Under the pieces are notes generated by a model, which searched no databases, was not told where the DNA came from, and saw only the letters and a program-made list of their open reading frames with translations. From positions 4,307 to 68,306 of the forward strand of contig JAFZDY010000007.1 in NCBI GenBank assembly GCA_017560945.1: a stretch of DNA of 64,000 nt. The letters run 5' to 3'. This stretch comes from Bacteroidaceae bacterium. Its GTDB lineage: Bacteria > Bacteroidota > Bacteroidia > Bacteroidales > Bacteroidaceae. Positions 58,780-64,000 of the stretch are shown one piece after another; positions within the stretch are counted from its first letter, which is position 1, and each line of letters begins with the position of its first letter. The position numbers and the translations under genes are program-made.

Positions 58780-59897
58780 AGACCATCCTCCTGGCCTTCG
58801 ACTCGTTCAAGGGTTCGCTCACCTCGCGCGAAGTGGCCGATGCCTTTGAAGAAGGGCTGCGCACGGTGATACCCGATTGCGAGGTGAGGAAAGTGTGCTT
58901 GGCCGATGGAGGTGAAGGTACGGTTGAGGCCCTGGTCACTTCGCTCAATGGTGAATGGGTGGAGGTGGAGGTGCTCGACCCGTTGATGCGCCCCATTTGT
59001 GCGCGCTATGGATTGGTGGACAATGGGTTGACGGCTATCATTGAAATGGCTGTAGCGAGCGGACTTCCCTTGCTTGACGAAAGTGAACGAAATCCTTTGA
59101 AGGCATCCACCTACGGTACTGGACAGTTGATGGCCGATGCTCTGGCACGTGGATGTCGCAAGTTACTCATAGGCATTGGTGGAAGTGCCACAAACGACGC
59201 TGGCACAGGGATGTTATCGGCACTCGGCTATCGTTTCCTCGATGCTGAAGGCAACTCACTCACTGGCAATGGCGAATCCCTTGAACAGATAGTCGCCATC
59301 GATGATACTCGTGTACTTCCTGAGTTGAAGACGGTGGAGATTTGCGTGGCTTGCGATGTCACCAACCCCTTTTGTGGCCCTCAGGGAGCTGCCCACGTAT
59401 ATGCTACTCAGAAGGGTGCGGATGAGTCCATGGTAAGGCGTCTTGATAGAGGGATGTTTCACTTGGCTGAGGTCATCAAGCAATTCAATCAAGTAGATGT
59501 CACCACCATGCCTGGCGCTGGTGCGGCTGGGGGAGTGGGTGGTGCATTCGGTGCCCTATTGGGGGCGAGTCTTTCCCGAGGTGTAGAGTTAGTGCTCGAG
59601 GCTCTTCACTTCGACGAGTTGTTACGGGGGTGCGACCTCGTAGTAACAGGTGAAGGTCGCATCGACCACCAAACCATGATGGGTAAGGCTCCAAGTGGAG
59701 TGTTGATGGCCGCCGCCCGTCACGGCATCCCCACCATCGCCATTGGCGGCTCAGTGGAGTGGTGTAAAGAGTTAGAGGATGGTGGTTTCGCCTCTATCAT
59801 TTCCATTAACGATGAACAGTTTCCCCTCCACATTGCTATGCGTCCCGAGGTGGCCAGGGAGAATGTCAAGCGGACGGCTCGGTCGCTGTTACTTTAG
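58776..59897 (+). CDS. glxK: Glycerate kinase (GarK/GlxK family)
   Basis: DSFKGSL, LADGGEGT, STYGTG, GIGGSATNDAG, GAGAAGGVG, TGEGRIDHQTMMGK; ATGA overlap with ABC-F. Confidence 0.93.
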   Translation: MKTILLAFDSFKGSLTSREVADAFEEGLRTVIPDCEVRKVCLADGGEGTVEALVTSLNGEWVEVEVLDPLMRPICARYGLVDNGLTAIIEMAVASGLPLLDESERNPLKASTYGTGQLMADALARGCRKLLIGIGGSATNDAGTGMLSALGYRFLDAEGNSLTGNGESLEQIVAIDDTRVLPELKTVEICVACDVTNPFCGPQGAAHVYATQKGADESMVRRLDRGMFHLAEVIKQFNQVDVTTMPGAGAAGGVGGAFGALLGASLSRGVELVLEALHFDELLRGCDLVVTGEGRIDHQTMMGKAPSGVLMAAARHGIPTIAIGGSVEWCKELEDGGFASIISINDEQFPLHIAMRPEVARENVKRTARSLLL

Positions 59898-60513
59898 CCT
59901 TTACATATACCTTGGCAGCGCCGTATCCCTTGGTGGTGATGCCCGAGTTGGGGTCTCTGCGCAGGGCGATAAGTTCGCGCCCGGCAGTGCTTCTCGACAG
60001 TTTCGTCAGGTTGGCATAGTCGCTCACGTGCATGAAGCCTTCCTGCTCAATGTATTGCAATGCCAGTTGTCGGCGCTCCTCCAGTGTGTATGGCGACTTG
60101 TGGAGGCGTCTGATGCCTCCTCGCTTCAACTCGCAATTCCTATTGATTAACTTTATCAGATTCTTGTCTGCACGGAAGTTGACTCCATCTACGTGCAGGC
60201 TTGTGGTGTTTCGCTTCTGCTCGTCCCCGTCCAGTGTATCCATCTCCTTGCCCTTCTTGAGGCCAATGGTCGCATTGAATGTCCCCAACCCCTCGATGCT
60301 CACCGATATGCCCATTGCCAGCAGTTCAGCCATAGTCTCCGAGGTCTGCATCAGCACCCTCATCGCATCGCCTCGCCCTAACCCGCCGTGCCTGGTCATC
60401 CACTTGACGAACTTCTCCGAGTCGTAATGCTGCTCGGTCTTCATTCGATAGTACACCTTCTTCTCGCCTGTGCCCGCCATGTCGGGCATCTCCTGTTTGA
60501 TGTATTTCGCCAT
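59866..60513 (-). CDS. Bacteroidales HU-like DNA-binding protein with C-terminal winged-helix-like domain (start moved to MAKYIKQEM)
   Basis: LLAMGISVSIEGLGTF..VNFRADK HU-like; LQYIEQEGFMHVSDYANLTKLSRSTAGREL; -7 box TATCTTTG at 60568-60575 supports the later start. Confidence 0.85.
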   Translation of the reverse strand: MAKYIKQEMPDMAGTGEKKVYYRMKTEQHYDSEKFVKWMTRHGGLGRGDAMRVLMQTSETMAELLAMGISVSIEGLGTFNATIGLKKGKEMDTLDGDEQKRNTTSLHVDGVNFRADKNLIKLINRNCELKRGGIRRLHKSPYTLEERRQLALQYIEQEGFMHVSDYANLTKLSRSTAGRELIALRRDPNSGITTKGYGAAKVYVKAKVTATEPSA

Positions 60514-60646
60514 ATTACAGTTGTCTTTAAACGTCACCCCTAAGGTAAGATGTTGACTTACACTGGACAAAGATACAAAAGAACAGTGACCAAAACAAGG
60601 AAATATTCGTAAAAATGAATAAAATCATGCTTTTAGATGTATATGT

Positions 60647-60765
60647 CAAGGCTCTATATGTAAAACCCAAGGCTATATCTCTGCATCCCAAGTCTTGGGA
60701 CGAGGGCACTTTCGAGTATTCTTCTCTGAATATATGCAGTACTCTTCTCTGAATATATGCAGTAC
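60647..60765. repeat. Adjacent 21-bp (CAAGGCT, 3 units) and 23-bp (AGTAYTCTTCTCTGAATATATGC, 2+ units) tandem arrays
   Basis: caag at 60647, 60668, 60689; agta at 60715, 60738, 60761. Confidence 0.75.
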
Positions 60766-60845
60766 AGATGCTTATTTATCCACTACTACCCTGCATTGTT
60801 ACCCTCAGTGATGCGACGAGGTCGTCCTATATTTCTCCCTTTTGT

Positions 60846-60876
60846 TTTGCACTTTGAATTATTATGCTTACTTTTG
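60846..60876 (+). promoter_or_regulatory. Promoter for the 60981 lipoprotein gene
   Basis: TTTG, N19, TACTTTTG. Confidence 0.7.
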
Positions 60877-60980
60877 CGGTGAATTAAATATCTGGTCTCC
60901 GTATCTACCTCCCCCTATCAGTGACAGGGGATGGGTTGTGACTCAAAGACATATACGTTAACCATTTAAACTGTATCATT

Positions 60981-61937
60981 ATGACCAGCCTTAAATTCTT
61001 GAAAAGGTATTTCCTTCTTCTCCTCTTAGGAATCTCAGTGTGTCCATTCATTGCTTGTGAGGAGGAGGACGATGACGACGACACTGTAAACGTGGGTGAA
61101 GTGGTACCCGGAAGTGGGAAGAAACTCCTCTCTGCCGGCGATTACCAGTTCTACTATTCCCCCGATGGCACCTTGTCCCACGTGGCGCTGTACGAGTCAC
61201 TGTATGACTTCTCAGCCAATAAGATTACATACTACTTCGATGGTGAAGAGTCAGGAGTGATTACCCTTTTTCATAACAAGAAAGGCCTTATCACTAAAAT
61301 GTACAATTCTGAATCATGGGAGGAAGAAGGACATGGCAGCTGTACCTATATGTCAACCTATAATATGTCCTACGACCGTGAGGGACACCTGACAGAAATC
61401 GCGGGTAACTATGATGTAGAGTTCACCTTCGAAGGTGAAACAGAGTATGATAATTATACAGACCTCACCACCCTCACATGGGATGACGGTGTGTTGACTA
61501 AGTATGAGTATGTGTATTCTTCCAATGTAGGCAATTGGGCAGGTGGTGAGACAGTAACTCTTCATTATGACGCCATGCCATACCTGAACCGTCACAGACA
61601 ATATGCCTCATTGGGAGGTTATATCTTCGGAGGCGATTTAGAGATATGTGCCTACATGGGTCTCTTAGGAACATGGTCGGAATACTTGCCCACCAGCCTC
61701 GATTACTCATATTACTATTCCGAAGATGATGGATTCGAGGAGGAAGACGAGGAGACCTGCACCCTCACATACGAGTTCAACAGTGACGGCACTATCCAGT
61801 GCGAGAATAGCGACGAGTATACCTATGGGACAGTTGCCCAGCAGGGTAAGTATGACCGTCAGACCAAATCCACTCGTGCCGGACAACTCTCCAAGGTACA
61901 CCCCCTTTTGGGACATCGTATAAATAGCCGTAGATAA
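60981..61937 (+). CDS. Acidic Tyr-rich lipoprotein (DUF4595-like), function unknown
   Basis: FIAC-EEEDDDDD lipobox with acidic export-signal-like stretch; Y-x-x-DG beta-hairpin repeats. Confidence 0.7.
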   Translation: MTSLKFLKRYFLLLLLGISVCPFIACEEEDDDDDTVNVGEVVPGSGKKLLSAGDYQFYYSPDGTLSHVALYESLYDFSANKITYYFDGEESGVITLFHNKKGLITKMYNSESWEEEGHGSCTYMSTYNMSYDREGHLTEIAGNYDVEFTFEGETEYDNYTDLTTLTWDDGVLTKYEYVYSSNVGNWAGGETVTLHYDAMPYLNRHRQYASLGGYIFGGDLEICAYMGLLGTWSEYLPTSLDYSYYYSEDDGFEEEDEETCTLTYEFNSDGTIQCENSDEYTYGTVAQQGKYDRQTKSTRAGQLSKVHPLLGHRINSRR

Positions 61938-61959
61938 AGTTCACCGTTATCATATCAGT

Positions 61960-62015
61960 AAGGTCAAGAGGTCACACTCAGCAATACTCAGTGTGCCTCT
62001 TGACCTTGATTTATT
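61960..62015 (+). terminator. Long hairpin after the lipoprotein gene
   Basis: aaggtcaagagg-t-cacact...agtgtg-cctcttgacctt. Confidence 0.65.
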
Positions 62016-62105
62016 GTGAAAAAAAACGATCAACTCTTTGTTCTTTTCCCAAGAATCTATATTTTTGCACCCGTATTTACTAACCCAATAAAAAGAACAA
62101 GAATT

Positions 62106-62282
62106 ATGGATACCGTAGAAATAGTATTGGCAAAGATGAAGGAACTGAATGCCCCCGTGAATGCAACTGCATTGGCAAATGAAACAGGCCTTGACAAAAA
62201 GGAAGTAGACAAGGCTATGGCCATATTGAAGAAGGAGGAGAAGATATTCTCACCCGTGCGTTGCAAGTGGCAGGCAAAATAA
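62106..62282 (+). CDS. Small winged-helix (MarR-like) protein, 58 aa
   Basis: MDTVEIVLAKMKE..ALANETGLDKKEVDKAMAILKKEEKIFSPVRCKW; TATTTTTG box at 62060-62067. Confidence 0.85.
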   Translation: MDTVEIVLAKMKELNAPVNATALANETGLDKKEVDKAMAILKKEEKIFSPVRCKWQAK

Positions 62283-62311
62283 ATGAGTACGAAGGGATAT
62301 ATATTGAAATG

Positions 62312-62343
62312 AAAAAAGACGGGTGCTTACCCGTCTTTTTTTT
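62312..62343. terminator. Bidirectional intrinsic terminator
   Basis: aaaaaagacgggt-gctt-acccgtctttttttt between convergent genes. Confidence 0.85.
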
Positions 62344-62349
62344 GTGTGC

Positions 62350-63954
62350 TTATTTAATAGTGATTCTTCCCTCTGCCTGTTCGTATGGTTGGCCTATGTG
62401 ACCCTTGAGGTTTTGTTCGATGTATGCGGCCAATATGTTGACATCCTTTCCTAAGTTGTCCTCTTGCAAAGTTGCATATCGCAGACATCCTTCGCCACCC
62501 AATTCTTTGATTAGATAATTGAAACTCGCCAAAGTATAGATTCGTTCAGGGTCTATGGGACGATAGTTGTCACTTCCCTTCTCCTTTATATATATGTTAC
62601 TTACACGACGGGGACCATCTCCCACGTGGGTGAAAATGTTGTTTTCATCGAATATTGCAGGGGAGGGGATGGATGTGTTGACCTCAAAACGGAGGCCACT
62701 CACCTGTAAAAAGCTTCCACTGCTGCCAGGTAATGATTTGACGGAGCACTCCAATGCATCAGCCAGTTGCTGGCCTGTGAGGGTAGCTGTACAAGCTATG
62801 TTTCTAAAGGGAAAGATGGAGAGCAACTGGTTGAATGTGACTTCTCCTCTACGCAGATTGCCACGAATGCCACCTCCATTGATCATTGCCACGTCGGTAT
62901 TCAACACTTGGCGGAAAGCATCGGCACACAAGTTCCCTATGGGCATTTCTTGTTGGCGTACAGGTCTGTTACCAAAGAAGTCTTCGGCTACCAGGCGTAC
63001 GTCACTCGTAGCGATTACTTTTGCACCTGGTTCGACTACGTTTTTCTTGATACCTTCTACGAGGACTTTTGTTGCCTCGTCTATGGCTTGAGGCTTGTTC
63101 AAACTGCATGAAATTTTACCTTCAGTGTCAATAGTCAATAGTCCTATGTTCTGAAATCTTTGACCTGTAGAAGTGAGTAGGATGGAGTCTCCCTCGCAGT
63201 TGGGTACCATTCGACAGGGTATAAGGCTATGGCTATGTCCGTCCAATACAGCATCCAACCCCTTTGTATTAGCGATGAGGCTCATTGATGTCAGATGGTC
63301 GTCATTATCAGCATCGCCCAAGTGACTGAGGGCAATCACAAAGTCTGCTCCTTCTGCACGAGCCGCATCTATTTGGCTTTGTGCATACTCGTGGAAACCA
63401 ACTTTGGAGAAGTCGTAGATGACGTTTCCCTCTTCGTCCCTATAGTTGTTGGGACTCGTGTTGACGGGAGTAGTGGTGGTGGTGAATCCTATGAATGCTA
63501 CGTCCGTGTCGCCATAACTGATAATTTTGTAGGAAGGAAACACCGATTTGTTGGTACGTACGTCGCGGAAATTGGCAGATACTACCGAAGCATTCATCTT
63601 GTCCATAAGGTGAAACAATTGCTTTATTCCGTAGTCGAATTCGTGATTTCCAAATGTAATCACATCGTAGCCTACGTGATTCATTATGTCCACAATGCAT
63701 TCACCCTGAGATGCAATACCTACAAGGTCGCCTTGTATGAAATCGCCACACGATACAGTGCTGACGTATGGGGTTATCTGTCGCTGCTCTTCCCTCAATG
63801 CCACCAAACGTGCGTAGCCATCTACGGCACAATGGGCGTCGTTTTCATACACAATCACGATGGGACTTTTTGGTAAATCAGGTGTGTTGTTAATATTCTT
63901 ACATCCGCTGAAACAAGCGGCCAAGCCTAATAAACTAAATAACCATTTCTTCAT
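62350..63954 (-). CDS. Bifunctional metallophosphatase / 5'-nucleotidase lipoprotein
   Basis: FSGC lipobox, ENDAHC, GDFIQG, GNHEFDYG, LSHLG, DGHSH, INGGGIR, FLQVSGL. Confidence 0.93.
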   Translation of the reverse strand: MKKWLFSLLGLAACFSGCKNINNTPDLPKSPIVIVYENDAHCAVDGYARLVALREEQRQITPYVSTVSCGDFIQGDLVGIASQGECIVDIMNHVGYDVITFGNHEFDYGIKQLFHLMDKMNASVVSANFRDVRTNKSVFPSYKIISYGDTDVAFIGFTTTTTPVNTSPNNYRDEEGNVIYDFSKVGFHEYAQSQIDAARAEGADFVIALSHLGDADNDDHLTSMSLIANTKGLDAVLDGHSHSLIPCRMVPNCEGDSILLTSTGQRFQNIGLLTIDTEGKISCSLNKPQAIDEATKVLVEGIKKNVVEPGAKVIATSDVRLVAEDFFGNRPVRQQEMPIGNLCADAFRQVLNTDVAMINGGGIRGNLRRGEVTFNQLLSIFPFRNIACTATLTGQQLADALECSVKSLPGSSGSFLQVSGLRFEVNTSIPSPAIFDENNIFTHVGDGPRRVSNIYIKEKGSDNYRPIDPERIYTLASFNYLIKELGGEGCLRYATLQEDNLGKDVNILAAYIEQNLKGHIGQPYEQAEGRITIK

Positions 63955-64000
63955 ATCTCTGTTTATTTTACGTTATAATCCTTTAAGAACGTGGCAAAGG

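Noticed and set aside
59866-59897. 32-bp 3' overlap of glycerate kinase and HU-like genes
   Set aside because: Short convergent overlaps are common; no further signal
62106-62282. Z-alpha (Z-DNA-binding) domain
   Set aside because: KKEV..W spacing is reminiscent, but the key Asn and Tyr are replaced (KKEVDKAMA); an ordinary small wHTH is more likely

Overview
Bacteroidales chromosomal window (TAnnTTTG/TTTG promoters, Bacteroidota gene families). Bases 1-18.5 kb hold one minus-strand type V pilus locus: a DUF3575/OmpA-like protein, a DUF5119 lipoprotein, nine tandem fimbrillin-family lipoproteins and a FimA/Mfa1-like gene cut by the window edge. Three fimbrillins carry large, apparently unrelated C-terminal beta-helix-like extensions. 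The pilin genes share near-identical short DNA blocks, and two intergenic gaps carry the same covarying hairpin. The rest is mostly housekeeping: purL, a hybrid two-component regulator with degenerate phosphorelay residues, alkaline phosphatase, gpmI, aroC, slyD, the coaX-OMP-TPR-lptC-CNNM-ppiD cluster, porE, topB, dusB, a U32 protein, a MacB-like permease, ABC-F, glycerate kinase, an HU-like protein and a 5'-nucleotidase. Non-coding DNA is rich in structure: several 21-23 bp-period degenerate arrays (one family also lies inside coding regions), heptamer repeats, a three-copy TGATGA-hairpin-GAA element, a MITE-like palindrome and a small RNA with its own promoter and terminator. I saw no CRISPR, rRNA, tRNA, transposase, recombinase or reverse transcriptase. 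Family calls come from motif recognition by eye, not database searches.
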